Below are positions 13,740-27,246 of a stretch of 64,000 nt of DNA, piece by piece. This stretch comes from Eledone cirrhosa (Eukaryota), in contig OZ024741.1 in the NCBI GenBank assembly GCA_964016885.1, positions 39,990,001 to 40,054,000 on the forward strand, read 5' to 3'. Under the pieces are notes generated by a model. That model saw only the letters and a list, made by a program, of their open reading frames with translations. It made no database searches and was not told where the DNA came from. Positions within the stretch are counted from its first letter, which is position 1. The number at the start of each line of letters is the position of its first letter. Made by a program: the position numbers and the translations under genes.

Positions 13740-13987
13740 TGCACACATAGATGTAAAAACCCAAAATTTTATTTGTTTCACCCTTGGGAATGAAGGTAAA
13801 TACATGTTTCAACGGATCGGACATCAGTCCCTCATCACCAAAGAGCAAAGTTCGGAGCCCAAAGACTAAGGGGCAGCGAAAATGAAATTTTTTGCTGGTG
13901 AACACAACACACAACCCAGTCCAGGAATTGAACCCACGATATTATGGCCGTAAGTCCACTATTCTTACCACTAGGCCACCTGCCTCC
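13740..13987 (-). mobile_element. tRNA-headed SINE (second family)
   Basis: Minus strand has A box TGGCCTAGTGGT and B box GGGTTCAATTCC. Confidence 0.65.
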
Positions 13988-14364
13988 ACCAATATATTGC
14001 TTTATACTTGTCTAAAATCTCATTTTATTTTCCTATCGCTTACCACCCATATATTTGCTTTTCTAAGGAGCTAATATCATGTATACATAAAGATACTGAA
14101 AGCGTAAATATAAACGGATCGTTAGCTATTTACTGTGCTCTCTTCTATATATATACATACACATTCAAATGTGTATATAAATTGCTTGCTCACTATCGAC
14201 ATCAGTTTAAATGCAATCAACTGTCTGAAGCGCTAGTCGTACTTAACCAGCGTATGTGTGTGTTTCTGTGTGTGTCTGTGTGAGAGGGTGATATTAGAAA
14301 ATGGTATCGTAGCCGTCTAGCAATGGATGATAACAGTGCATTTGTGATTTGCGGGTCTCCTGGT

Positions 14365-14428
<64 letters not shown>

Positions 14429-14744
14429 GTAAGAAATCTACTCTCAGGAGAGCTGGACAGAAGGTCTTCAGAGAAGAAACACCCCACATGTGAGTTTTTC
14501 GGATATATATATATAACAAAGAGGGTGTGGTAAGATACCAGGTGGACCATAACGCAGCAGAGTACTCGATACTTGGAATAGTAGAGTCGGTATACTACTA
14601 CTTCTTTGCCCACCTATTCCTGAGAGGATCGTGGGGACATATTAACGTATGGGCTAAGTGGATTACAGCATAGAGAATCATAGTCCAGGACCCACGGGAA
14701 GGAGTGTTTGAGTCCTCTCCCTCTCACTCCGTCTGTCTTTCTCT

Positions 14745-14990
14745 CTCTATATGTAGATAGTTTAAGGGGACAACAAACAGTGGTACAAAAAGCCTTGTTA
14801 GTTTCACGCTTTATATTGGAAAGAGGAAAGAAAGTACGACGTGTCGGGCTTAAGCCCCTTTTCAGGAGCACAAAATAGAGACAGGATCACAATGGAGGAA
14901 CAGAAAAAAGGTCCGGTAAAGACAAAAATAAATCGAAAATAAAGATAGAAAACAAGACAACCGTTAGATAGTCTTGGTAAAGAGCTGGAA
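14745..14990 (-). mobile_element. Solo Neptune-type PLE terminal repeat with degenerate hammerhead
   Basis: Minus strand CTGAAAAGGGGCTTAAGCCCGACACGTCG (~14836-14865) and downstream AGCGTGAA…TGTCCC resemble the terminus at 59240-59350. The core is mutated (CUGAAAA, GACA). Confidence 0.6.
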
Positions 14991-15057
<67 letters not shown>

Positions 15058-16211
15058 AAGTTTCCGTTGAAAATAGAAAAAATCATAGGAGTGAAGAGTG
15101 CTCTATGTAAGTACCAGAGCAAAATTTAATGTATAAAAATCAATACAAAATAATTACCTCATTACCAGAGGTTTCCCGAATAAGACGAATACGAAAGAGA
15201 CGTCTTCATTCGTTCGTCGGATGAGGCAATATAAAACATAAATATTTTGAAAGTCTCCTCAAGAAATGCAAGAAAAACTATATATAGATAGATGAAGGTA
15301 ATACAATAGACATATAAAGTTATAAAATATATAAAAAAATATTTAAAAAAATATATTTAGGTGTGTGTATATGTATGTATATACACTCACAGATATACAT
15401 ATATATATATGTACAAATGCGTATGTATAGTGAAAATGTGTGCGTAAATATACGTATATATGTAACGATAGACACACCCATGATATGAGTGTCTGTTTGA
15501 CAGGTATACAGAGAAAACAGGGTGTTAGATACATTATAAGAATATGAAGGCACGCGTATAAACACGCACGCACGCGCGTACACTTATATGCGGGAGAAAA
15601 AGAGGTAAGGGAATGTAATAGTAAAAAGAAAGTATCAATCTCGATATAATTATAAAAATGGAATAATAAATTTGTATAGTAAAGAAAATAAAACAAACAA
15701 GGTACACGCGTACATACATATATCTAAAAGAAACATATATCTATAAAAAATATATATATATATACACACGCAAAAGGTGCAGACAAAAGCGTATGCAAAC
15801 GTACATACACACATAGGATGCACATATATATATATACATATACATCGCCGCGTGTATATCTAATACGCATACGTACGCGTCTGTATACACACACAACACA
15901 TACACACACATAAATACATATATACATATATATATATACATACGCACACACACACATCCATATATGCAGTACGCACACACTCACACACACACACATATAT
16001 ACACTCACGCACGTTGATCCGCTAACATGCACGCACATAAAAATAAGAATGTACAAAAACATAGATGTAAAGACACAGGTATAAAAACACACATACAAAC
16101 ACACATATATACATATATATACACGCACGCGCGCGTACATACGGAGGCGTTCGTGTACATATACAGAAAGTATACACACGTAAAGACGCTCAGACACATA
16201 GATACAGGGTG

Positions 16212-16250
<39 letters not shown>

Positions 16251-16875
16251 AACATGTCTATTGAGCACTCTTATTCGATATGTGTATTTCCACATTCCCT
16301 CGAATAGTTTTCGCGGATGTAGAGGTTATCTTCCTTGTCTAATGCCATGTGCGTTTTTCACTGGTTGTTAGCCCCTTATCCGCTAGGAAAAAAGCTCGTT
16401 GAGAAAGTAAACTCCGTTCCTCTTGCTCTAGTAGGCTTTTATATTTATATGTGAGCTGATAGAGTACAGTCTAAGGATTTACAGAAACCCAAGAAGCTAG
16501 ATTTAACACCTTTCTAGTGGGTCCGGGTATGATTTTACATTCATTTAAATTATTGATGTATTGTTTTATTGATATTTTTTATCTGTTTGTCCCGAATCTT
16601 CTATTATCGATTTTTTATCGTATGGTTGATTGTAGACTTGTTCTATATGTGACGGTATTTTAACGATAGTTATAGCTCTGATTCATCTGAATTATTGAGC
16701 CCTCTGCCGCTCATTTCGAATTTTGTTTATCGTGAACTCGTGCGCCGATTTTTCGATACTCGATCTTTCTAATATATATATATATATGCAAAAGTTTTAT
16801 TTAAGATTGTTGGGTTACAACGAGTAAATATTTTATAACTGATATAAAAGCACTCGACAATTTCTGGAGTAGGTT

Positions 16876-17015
16876 TACGATATTAAACAAATGGAAACTA
16901 TATTTATAAAACCATATTTATTTCGTTATATATATTTCTGGGATATCATATCCCAGAAATATATATAACGAAATAAATATGGTTTTATAAATATAGTTTC
17001 CATTTGTTTAATATC

Positions 17016-17018
<3 letters not shown>
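16876..17018. repeat. Perfect palindrome (71-bp arms, 1-nt centre at 16947) made of PLE terminal sequence
   Basis: TACGATATTAAAC…CTGGGATAT-C-ATATCCCAG…GTTTAATATCGTA. Each arm resembles the 3' half of the HHR region at 26536-26600. Confidence 0.9.
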
Positions 17019-17056
<38 letters not shown>

Positions 17057-17162
17057 AGGAATTCCAACTTTGTCTGATTGACTCGTTTTATTTACAATCC
17101 TTTAAAATTATAATGATATTATAATGAAATAGTATGGTAGAATATTAAATGTTAAGTTTTAA

Positions 17163-17200
17163 TTGAACAAGTACTTTCATGCTTTCGCAATCTTCAGGTT
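17163..17200 (-). ncRNA. Type I hammerhead ribozyme motif (PLE terminus)
   Basis: AAC-CTGAAGA-T TGC GAAA GCA T-GAAA-GTAC-TT-GTT. Stem III (AGTACT) is palindromic. A homologous terminus lies at 36890-37080. Confidence 0.65.
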
Positions 17201-17342
17201 TTTATTCTGTGGTGACAGTCAAGTTTGCAATTTTCAACTGTTGAAAATTTCAAACTTGACTTATATATATATAAGGAAGGAAGTGTGGTAAGGAACCAGG
17301 TGTACCAGAGTACTCGATACTTTGAGTAAAAGAGTGGGTAAT

Positions 17343-17460
17343 AGGAAAAAGTATGACCCCGACGGCAGATATCAAGCCGTTTCAACAGGTATTTCTGGAC
17401 TCAGAAATAGCTGTCGAAATGGCTTGAGCTCTGCCGTCGGTGTTCTGACTCTTTTCCTAT
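17343..17460. repeat. Diverged fold-back PLE terminus (same family as 40027-40127)
   Basis: CCGACGGCAGA…TATTTCTG GACT CAGAAATA…TCTGCCGTCGG inverted arms. Confidence 0.75.
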
Positions 17461-17578
17461 ATATATATATATATATATATATACAATATATTAATAAATG
17501 GAAACTATACAATATATTAATAAATGGAAACTATACAATATATTATTAAATGGAAACTATATTTATAAAACCATAATT

Positions 17579-17645
17579 ATTTTATTATATATATGTCAAA
17601 GGCGACCAAGGTAAATTATGGTGTGCGCTTTCATCAGATAAAATA
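17579..17645 (-). ncRNA. Hammerhead motif with mutated GAAA (GACA), same family as 26495
   Basis: TATTTTAT-CTGATGA-AAGCGC…CCTTT-GACA-TATATATA-ATAAAATA. Stem I is perfect. Confidence 0.55.
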
Positions 17646-17789
17646 TATACAATAAAATAATTATGGTTTTATAAATATAGTTTCCATTTATTAATATATT
17701 GTATATTTACTCCACTAAACTGTTGAGTGCTTTATATCAGTTATAAACATTTTTAAGTTGTTGAATCCCAACAAATTAAATATAACTTC

Positions 17790-17821
<32 letters not shown>

Positions 17822-18139
17822 CGTTCAAATTCGACCCAAAAATTAAGATGATGGAATAAATTTCTTAAATCATTTAATAACCTTACAAACAATTTTTTCA
17901 ATACAAGTTATATATATATATTATGTTATAATAATATAGTTAAAAAAAGACAAAGAGGTACTGACAATATAAATATACGTGTACGTGTATGTAGGTTGGT
18001 GCGTAAGTGTTTGTGGTGGCTGTGTAAGTTTAATTTATTAAAAGTTTATGTCAGTTTTAATGTTAAACTGAGCACGGAGTGGTTCATATCAAAGACGGTG
18101 ATAAGCCAATGAATGTTCATCACACGGTAGCAAGAGAGA

Positions 18140-18385
18140 TGTAGAGGGGGGGGGGGGGAGATGGGGAGTAGAGAGAGAAAGAGAGTGAGAGAGAGAGCTG
18201 GAGAGCGGGGAGGAGAAAGGTAGTGAGAGAGAGATGAGAGAGAGAAAGAGAGTGGGAGAGAGAGGGAGAGAGAGAGAGACAGAGAGAGGAAGAGAGAGAA
18301 AGAGAGTGAGAGAGAGAAAGGGAGAGAGAGAGAGATGGAGATAGATAGAGAGAGAGAGAGAGAAAGAGATTGATAGAGATACATA

Positions 18386-18425
<40 letters not shown>

Positions 18426-18445
18426 ATGAGAGAAACAGAGAGAAG
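18140..18445. repeat. (GA)n-rich purine tract
   Basis: Direct inspection. Confidence 0.9.
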
Positions 18446-18722
18446 TGCTTAAATGAGTGAATTATAAAATTACACAAAAACATGATTGATAGAAGGTGAA
18501 GATGAGATAAAAGGGAGTCGTTGTTGGTTCCGTATCTCAAGTAGCCATTTTGATATGTAAGGTAACTGTTGGGTGTGTAACTGTATACATGTGTGTGTGT
18601 GTTTGTGTTTGTTAATGTGCGTGTGTGTGTGTGTGTGGTGGTCTGTGATTTTTTGACATTAGATTAAGGTCGTCCACTGTTTGACCGTAAACAATGGTAT
18701 CCCACTTACACACACATGCGCT

Positions 18723-18754
<32 letters not shown>

Positions 18755-18771
18755 TATATAAACACACACAC

Positions 18772-18802
<31 letters not shown>

Positions 18803-18833
18803 TATATATATATACACACACATATATATATAT

Positions 18834-18866
<33 letters not shown>

Positions 18867-18954
18867 CCTTTCAGATCATATATATATATTTATATATATG
18901 TATATATAAAAATATAAATATATACATATATATATATATATATACCCTTCAGAC

Positions 18955-19034
<80 letters not shown>

Positions 19035-19064
19035 TATATATATACATATATATATACTTCTCAG

Positions 19065-19109
<45 letters not shown>

Positions 19110-19110
19110 T

Positions 19111-19260
19111 CACAAGCCTCTCGTACATACAAACAATATTCGCTACAACTCACCTCTTCCTACTTGCAGCTGCCCACAATCTTTATCACTACCTCTTTAT
19201 ATTTAAGAGGAAAATAGAGAAAAACACCCAGAAAGAAAGTAAGGGAGAGAGGCACAGAGA
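19111..19260 (+). repeat. Dispersed ~150-bp repeat abutting (TA)n; inverted copy at ~22853-23004
   Basis: CACAAGCCTCTCGTACATACAAACAATATTCGCTAC…GGAGAGAGGCACAGAGA occurs in both orientations. Confidence 0.8.
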
Positions 19261-19877
19261 GAGAGAGAGTGATTTATATATGTATATATAAATATATATA
19301 TATTTATATATATACTGTATATATATATACACATATGCATATATATATATATATATATAGCGTATATATATATATATAAACACACATATATTTGCTAAAT
19401 GAGTTTGGGGAGAGAAAGTGTCGAGTGCAGCCGGTCTGTCAGTCAATGGCCCCTACCATATTTGTTTTGCTTTGTTTTCATTTTCTATTTTTTCTTTTAT
19501 TGTCTATGGCTTTATCACTATTCTTTTTATATTTTATTATTATCTCTCATTCTTTCTAGTTTAAATAGTTTCGACTCATTGAGACGTCTGATTAGTATTC
19601 ATGCTCACACTTTAGTTAGTTCCAATGACCCTTGACCCAGACATAAGTAACCCATAACCAAGTCTCCCATACAGCCATAGAAAAATGAAAGGAAAGAAGC
19701 TGATCATTTATACCGATTCCCTGATGTATTTTCCCTTCTTTTCCTCACCAGTAAAAATGACCAGAAAATGACGTTTGGTGTCTGTCTGAAGGTATTTTTT
19801 TTATCCCAGTCCGCCTCTCTTTTCCTCTTTCTTTCTAATATTCTCTATTTCCCACCACCCTCAATCTCCCACTACCC

Positions 19878-19937
<60 letters not shown>

Positions 19938-20089
19938 TATATATGTACATACATATATATATATATAGAGAGAGAGAGATAGTAAGGTGTATTATTGGTT
20001 GTGTCAAACGGTCCAATAAAATCGATCAGTGTTAATCGATCATGATTTATATGATTTGAAATTTATACCATGCCTTCGGATCTTTATTT

Positions 20090-20141
<52 letters not shown>

Positions 20142-20324
20142 GGAATAGAATGAAACGAAATTTCATTTCTCACTCTTAATACGGCACTTACTTAAATGTA
20201 AGTATGTATGTATACGTACATACATTTATGTATACAGACGTACAGTAGTATGTATATATATACATACATGCACCCATATATATATATATATATGCACGTA
20301 TCGAGCATAATAATAAATGTTCGA

Positions 20325-20515
20325 TGGCGGTGGATTGGCAGTATCGGTAGAGGGTCGGGCGCCATGCTTTCCAGCATAGTTACGTCCCTTTACGATCTGA
20401 GTTCAAATCCCGCCGAGGTTGACTTTGCCTTTCATCCTTACGGGGTTGATAAAATAAAGTACCAGTAATGCACTGAATAATTGCTGGCCTTGTGCCTAAC
20501 GTAGAAACAATTATA
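20325..20515 (+). mobile_element. Full-length tRNA-derived SINE
   Basis: Head GGCGGTGGATTGGCAGTATCGGTAGAG, B box GAGTTCAAATCCC, core, and tail GGCCTTGTGCCTAACGTAGAAACAATT. Confidence 0.85.
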
Positions 20516-20815
20516 ATAAATGTTCGGTAAACCGATACGTGCATATATATATGTGTGCATGTATGTATATATATACATACTACTGCACGTCTCTATACAT
20601 ATATGTATGTACGTATACATACATACATACTTACATTTAAGTAAGTGCCGTACTAAGAGTGAGAAATGAAATTTCGTTTCATTCTATTCTATTTATCGTT
20701 TTCGGTGCGCCCGGCCGACTGAACTCACTCGATATGCAAATTAGGCTGCTCAGCCGTTAACATGCATAAGGAAAGTATATACTTTCAGACGTTCAACCAT
20801 CTGGCAGGAAGGTAT

Positions 20816-20858
20816 ACGATGCTGACGATAGCTAATAAGCTTGAAACTAGTACATCGT
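20816..20858 (+). ncRNA. Type I hammerhead ribozyme (variant of the array HHR)
   Basis: ACGATG-CTGACGA-TAGCT AATA AGCTT-GAAA-CTAG-TA-CATCGT. Confidence 0.85.
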
Positions 20859-21026
20859 TCCTGTGTCAGTGTTGAACAAAAAGGTGACGTACGGCGTAAT
20901 TCGGGTTGTTTGTTTGTTTACAAACAAACAAACTGAGCATTATAATAAATGTTCGGTAAACCGATACGTGCATATATATATGTGTGCATGTATACATATA
21001 TGTATGTACGTATACATACATACATA

Positions 21027-21146
<120 letters not shown>

Positions 21147-21739
21147 GAGAGAGAAAGATTATGTTTATATCATGTACCCTTAATTCCTGAAGGAGTCCTA
21201 GGGGTACCGTTCTTGTTATATACGTGGTGTATTGGACATTTAAATCTGGCAAGACATATTTCTATCAGAGAAAAACGAGAGAGGGAAATAGAGAAAGTGG
21301 GAAAGAGATATAGAAGGAGAATCGAGCTGCGTACTGGACAAGTACTTTATATATTGACTGCGAAAAGATGTGAGGCAACGTTCACCTCACCGAGATTTGA
21401 GCTCTGAGAGTTCAGAGCATTTTAAAAGCATTTGTTCTAGCTCTTTAGCCTCTAAATTCACCTCCTTATGAGGTCAACTTTACCTTTCATCCTTCCAGGA
21501 TGGATATAATGAAGTAGAAGTCAAGTACAGGGGCTGATCTAATACACTTTCCTTTCCCATTAAATAGCTGACCATGTGCCTAATGTAGAAACAACATGTT
21601 ATCAATTCAAACATACATGGTGGATTGGCAGTATCGGTAGAGCGTGGGGGAACATGCTTTGTGGCATACAGTTACTGTGATGATTTCCCTGTTTATATAT
21701 ATATAAACATTGTGGCAACCCTTACCTATGGTCATACAT

Positions 21740-22110
21740 CGTAGGTAATAGCCGATAGAATAGATCGTGAATACAAGCAGCTGAAATAGGGTTCCTCCAA
21801 AGAGTGTTGAGAGTAAAATTACCCGATAAAGTGCGCAGCCCGGTGATCAGAGAGTCACACCAGGTAGAGCTGTGACTTCTCCGAATTAAGAAATCACAGC
21901 TCTATCACTATGGACATGGGGTTAACATGCCTTAGGAAAGAATCGCTGGACAGATTTTAGGACCGAAACCAACCGGCAGGAGACCCAGCGGTAGACCCCC
22001 GAGAAAGATGGTTGGATAACATCCATGAGCTTGGCTGATTTTGCTTGGAGATGGTTGTTTCTGGCAGGACCTGCTGGAAGGAGTGTTTGAGGACTCTGCC
22101 CTCACGACCA

Positions 22111-22141
<31 letters not shown>

Positions 22142-22163
22142 AAGAAGAAGAAGAAGAAGAAGA
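21740..22163 (+). mobile_element. RTE-clade LINE 3' fragment with (AAG)n tail
   Basis: Reads RIQAAEIGFLQRVLRVKLPDKVRS…SQLYHYGHG…GRRPSGRP, then AAG repeats at ~22112-22163. Confidence 0.7.
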
Positions 22164-23033
22164 ATGTAGGAACGATGATTCAATCAATTTCAGAATCTGA
22201 ACCCAGGAGGAAAAGTAAAGCTGACCACGACGGGAAATTAGAATGTAAGAAACCGGAGGAAATGCCAGAAAGTATTTCTTCTAATGCTCTAACAATTCTA
22301 CTATACTTATCTAAGGGTCATCACTTCGGCCCGTTACGCATCCATACAGCAGAACCTGCAAATTTTTGATCAACTGGATTCGTGCTTGGTTCAACGCCGA
22401 AAAGAGCCATCCGAACATTTTATCGGGACAGCCGTCCTATTACTGGGAAATTATTTTTTGAAAGTCGATATATTGATTTTTAATGTGGAGCGGGGGTGGG
22501 GGTCAAAGTAGATTAAATCAAACCCAGTGCTTAACAGTTATTTTATTGTATGGACCACGGCAGGATAAAAAGCAAAGTTGACCTCGACGTGATTTGAACT
22601 AAGAATCTAAAGAGCCAATAACAATGATTGTTTCTACTTTTGGCACAAGGCCAGCAATTACCCAGTGCATTACTGGTACTTCATTTTATCGACCCCGTAA
22701 GGATGAACTCAGATTGGCAAGGGCCGTAACTCTATACGTTAAAGCATGGCGTCCGACCCTCTGCCAATACTGCCAATCCACCGCCCATAATACGATCAAT
22801 ACAAATAATGCTATGATATTTTATCCAATACTCTGCAATCTGCTAATCTATAACTCTCTGTGCCTCTCTCCCTTACTCTCTTTGTGAGTGTTTTTCTCTA
22901 TTTTCCTCTTAAATATAAAGAGGTAGTGATAAAGATTGTGGACAGCTGCAAGTAGGAAGAGATGAGTTGTAGCGAATATTGTTTGTATGTACGAGAGGCT
23001 TGTGTAAATATATATATATATATATATATATAA

Positions 23034-26000
23034 GAAAAAGGGATATTCAATTTGTTGGTAATTCAACAAATATAAAGGTTTATAAGTGATTCAGAGCACT
23101 CGACAGGATATCTGGAGAAAGGGTAAATCTTTTCTCTAAAAGATGTACCCTTAGCAAAAAAATAAGGAATATCTAAAAGAACTCGTAGAAAAATCTGACT
23201 CCTTTATATGAAGACTTAGATGGCGTGCTTTCCATTTTGATAAAAAATCGGAGTACAAAATAAATAAATCCATTTACAACTTCGATCATATCTTCAAATC
23301 TAAGAAGAATCCACCTAGCAACAAATTACTAGCCGATTTTGAAAATGAAGTAATCTCTATTATACAAAACATTAAATTCAAAAGAAACCAATTTGTCGGC
23401 CAGGAGTACCTTAAAGGCCTCAAGAATAAAATAGACAATCTAGAAAAAACAAAGTGGATCCTGGTAAAATCTGACAAAACAAATAATTTATATGGTATGG
23501 AAAAGGACCAATATAATAACCTTATATTGAAAGAACTCTGGAAAAACTACAAAATAACATCAAATGAAGATCTTTCAGCTTCTGAAATTATTTATAAATT
23601 AGGCATCCAAAATAGGACTGAACCCTTTATACCTAGAAAACGGAAGATTAACCTGAAGGACCACAAAAGAATTTTTGAAATTGAACTACCAGTCAGACTC
23701 ATCACACCATCTAAATCGGACTTAGGCATAATTAGCAAGCATATAGAATGATACCACTACTTAAAGAAAAATCACACCTTAAACTATGGAACGGTACTAA
23801 TGAAGTTATAGATTGGTTCAATAACATAAAATTAAAACATAACAAAATATTCATTCAAATGGATATTGCAAATTATTACTCCTCTATTACCCCTAGTTTA
23901 CTTAATAAGGCACTTATCTACGCGTCTAAGCATACAAACCCATCTAGTGATAAAATATATATAATTCTAACAGCACGTAAAACACTAATAGAATTTAATA
24001 ATCATCTCTGGACAACAGCCGACAGAAAAAACAATTTTGATATCACTATGGGATCATCTGACTAGGCGCAAGTAACGGACCTCGTTGGATTATTCATAAA
24101 TAATGTATTGCATAGGAAAATGACAAAGATGACCGGAGGTTTATATCGTGACGATATGTTACTTTTAATTGTAAACCATAGCAATAGTGAAATTAATAGG
24201 AAAAGGAAATCCATAATACAATTTTTCAACAACTACAACCTTACTTTAGAAATAGAGAATAATTACAAAGTCGTTAACTTCTTAGATGTAACCTTAAACC
24301 TTAGCTCGGTCTTTATTATCAATTCCATAAAATTAACGAAAATCTAAATTACGTAAGTTTCAATTCTAATCAACCTAGAAATATTAAAAACTCTATTGTC
24401 AATAGCGTCCAACAACGGATTTCACGTATCTCTGCTAATAAAAATATTTTTGATGATAAGGCAGAATATTACAATGAAGCTTTACATAGAGCAGGATACT
24501 CGAATAAAATTAAATGCATAGATAACAATAACATGACAAATCATCCTAGAATTATTTATAATAATAATAAACAATTTAACTTAAATACTAAAGCAAAGAA
24601 AAAAACTAGAACTAGAAATATTATTTGGAACTCTCCCCCATTCTCATTAAGCATTAAAACACCTTTAGCAAAGCTGTTCTTTAAAGCATTAGATACATGT
24701 TTTCTTAAAGCCCACAGATACCACTCTATTTTGAACAGACACACTATAAAACTGTCCTACTCTACTACTATGAACATAGCACAAAATATAAATAGAATTA
24801 ATAATAGAAACTTAAATTTAAACCCTAACCAAACTAACCAAAATAGCAATAATAATATTTCTAGAATAATAGTACCGTTCCGAAGAAGAACAATTCCAGA
24901 AAATGGAACTGTAGAATTGAATCAAACTGCCCTTTACAAAATAATTGTTACGACAAAAACGTAATTTATAAATGCACAGTTAAAACTAGAGACAAAATAT
25001 TTAACTATATTGGTGCCACTTCTACAAAATTCAAAGAACGGTGATATAACCATAAACACACATTTAAGAGATCCGATAAAAAATCTTCCACTTCACTTTC
25101 ACATTTAATTTGGAATTTACAAGACAACAATATAGACTATTCAATATCTTGGGGAACGAGATTTCGAAAGCACCTGCATACCGAAATATGACTTTTTCAA
25201 AATTCTGTAACTTGTGTATCGAGGAAATTTTTTTATATAATTAACTGTCAAAACTCTATTAATCTTAAAACAGAATTATTTTCTTCTTGTAGACATCGCC
25301 AAAATTCCAGTTTCAGAAGTATTTTTAATTTATGATATTCATTACACTTGACTATATCTTATACACCTTCAAAATGATCCTATTTTCTTTAAAAATTTAA
25401 ATGGAATTTTTTTTAAATGATCTTCCTTCTTAATTTTTTAATATTTCTACTATTTTTTCCTTTACTCTTTTGACATTAATTTTTTTTAATATATATATTT
25501 TTTAATATTTTTTAATATTTTTTAATATTTTTTACTTCTGTCATTATTATTTTTTTAGATGTAGATTGATAATCTTTAATTGACATTCTGAAAATTTATC
25601 TTCTTTACAATAGTTCTTCGAAATGCAGATTACGTTTTTCCCCTCCTTTTGATCTTCAAACTTTCACACATCTTTCGACTAAAATAATTAATCTCACACA
25701 AAATAATATATAATTTTCTCTATATATTTTCTGAGTAAACATTCATCAAATTTAACAGTTAACAAACAAGATTGGAGTCATCTTTCCCTTTTCCATCGTG
25801 CAAACATAAACATCATATTATAATATAATATGTACGATAAACTATATAACTTCGCTAAATTAACAATATTCTGGAAACATTTTCAATGTTGGAACAAAAT
25901 ATTCGAATCTACAAATTGTTCTCCTCTTACAACTTGAACCCTTGTTTTTTATGTAAAATGCAAAATCAACCTCCTTCGTAACTCATGTTAGAAGTGTAAA

Positions 26001-26594
26001 CAACTAATAATTGTAAATTATTTCTATTTCTATAATACTTATACATGCACAATTATTAATCTATATAGATATTTATATACTTATAACATATTGTAATGTA
26101 ATAAGATAAAATATACTTACAACCATAATTCTTCATATAATCTAATTGATTATATATATATACAATAATATAACTCATAATATAGCTAAATAAATTTAAA
26201 TTCTGGAATCATATTCCACCATTCCCCCAAATTGTTAATTCCTTTTAAATTAACGTAAATAAAAGCTCTTTTATCTTCTTACTACTCATACATACATATA
26301 TCCTAATTATTTAAATTCTGCATAGCGTCTAAAATAACGTTTTTTCAGCCCTTTACTTCAACCTCACTTGCATACTCATTTTAATAATTTGAAATATCTT
26401 ACTTTTCTTCTCTTATCCCTTCACTATCCAAGGAAAAGTTGAACCGTTAAGGTATCTTTTCTTGGTTATGTCAAAATTTATAAAACAAACTTTGTATTTT
26501 ATCTGATGAAAGCGTACCAAAGTTTTGGTACCCTTGAAATATATATAATAGAATAAATATGGTTTTATAAATATAGTTTCCATTTATTTAATAT

Positions 26595-26600
<6 letters not shown>
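23034..26600 (+). mobile_element. Penelope-like element, Naiad-type (RT and C-terminal GIY-YIG), disrupted, with long 3' UTR and HHR-bearing terminus
   Basis: Motifs RLRWRAFHF, VKSDKT, LKDHK…RLITPSKSDLG, MDIANYYSSI, FDITMGS, GLYRDD, NFLDVTLNL, SNQP, NCR…CPL…C, VIYKC…YIGAT…FKER, CNLC and CRH are spread over several frames with stops (~23130-25335). 23034-23115 resembles an inverted 3' tail. Both ends abut (TA)n. Confidence 0.85.
26495..26555 (+). ncRNA. Type I hammerhead ribozyme in the PLE 3' terminus
   Basis: TATTTTAT-CTGATGA-AAGCGTACCAAA GT TTTGGTACCCTT-GAAA-TATATA-TA-ATAGAATA. Confidence 0.8.
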
Positions 26601-26638
<38 letters not shown>

Positions 26639-26641
<3 letters not shown>

Positions 26642-26691
26642 AGTATGTATGTATACGTACATACATATATGTATACAGACGTACAGTAGCA

Positions 26692-26738
<47 letters not shown>

Positions 26739-27175
26739 GCATACAGGTACACATACATATATGCACGCATCAGTTTAGCCGACGTTTATTTAACGCAGCT
26801 TTGTTCGCTTGTTTGTCAACAAACAGAACAGCCTGAATTTATGCCATACGGTGTTAAGGCAACCACGTCACCTTTTTGTTCAACACTGACACAGGAACGA
26901 TGTACTAGTTTCAAGCTTGTTAGCTATCATCAGCACCGTTTACCCATCTGCCAGATAGTTGAATGTTCGAAAGTATATACTTTCCTTATGAAAATTAACG
27001 GCTGAGCAGCCTAATTTGCATATTGAGTGAGTTAAATCGGTCAGGCATACCGAAAACGACAAGTTGAAAAAAAATGAAAACGAAATTTCATTTCTCACTC
27101 TTAGTATGGCACTTACTTAAATGTAAGTATGTATGTATACGTACATACATATATGTATACAGACGTACAGTAGCA

Positions 27176-27246
<71 letters not shown>

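Noticed and set aside
13900-13987. tRNA gene (also ~48040-48108)
   Set aside because: A and B boxes are present, but there is no acceptor stem and SINE body sequence follows.
25042-25044. In-frame TGA in the Naiad GIY-YIG region as selenocysteine
   Set aside because: It aligns with Trp in the related fragment at ~61578 (FKARWY), so a TGG to TGA nonsense change is more likely. The copy has other stops.
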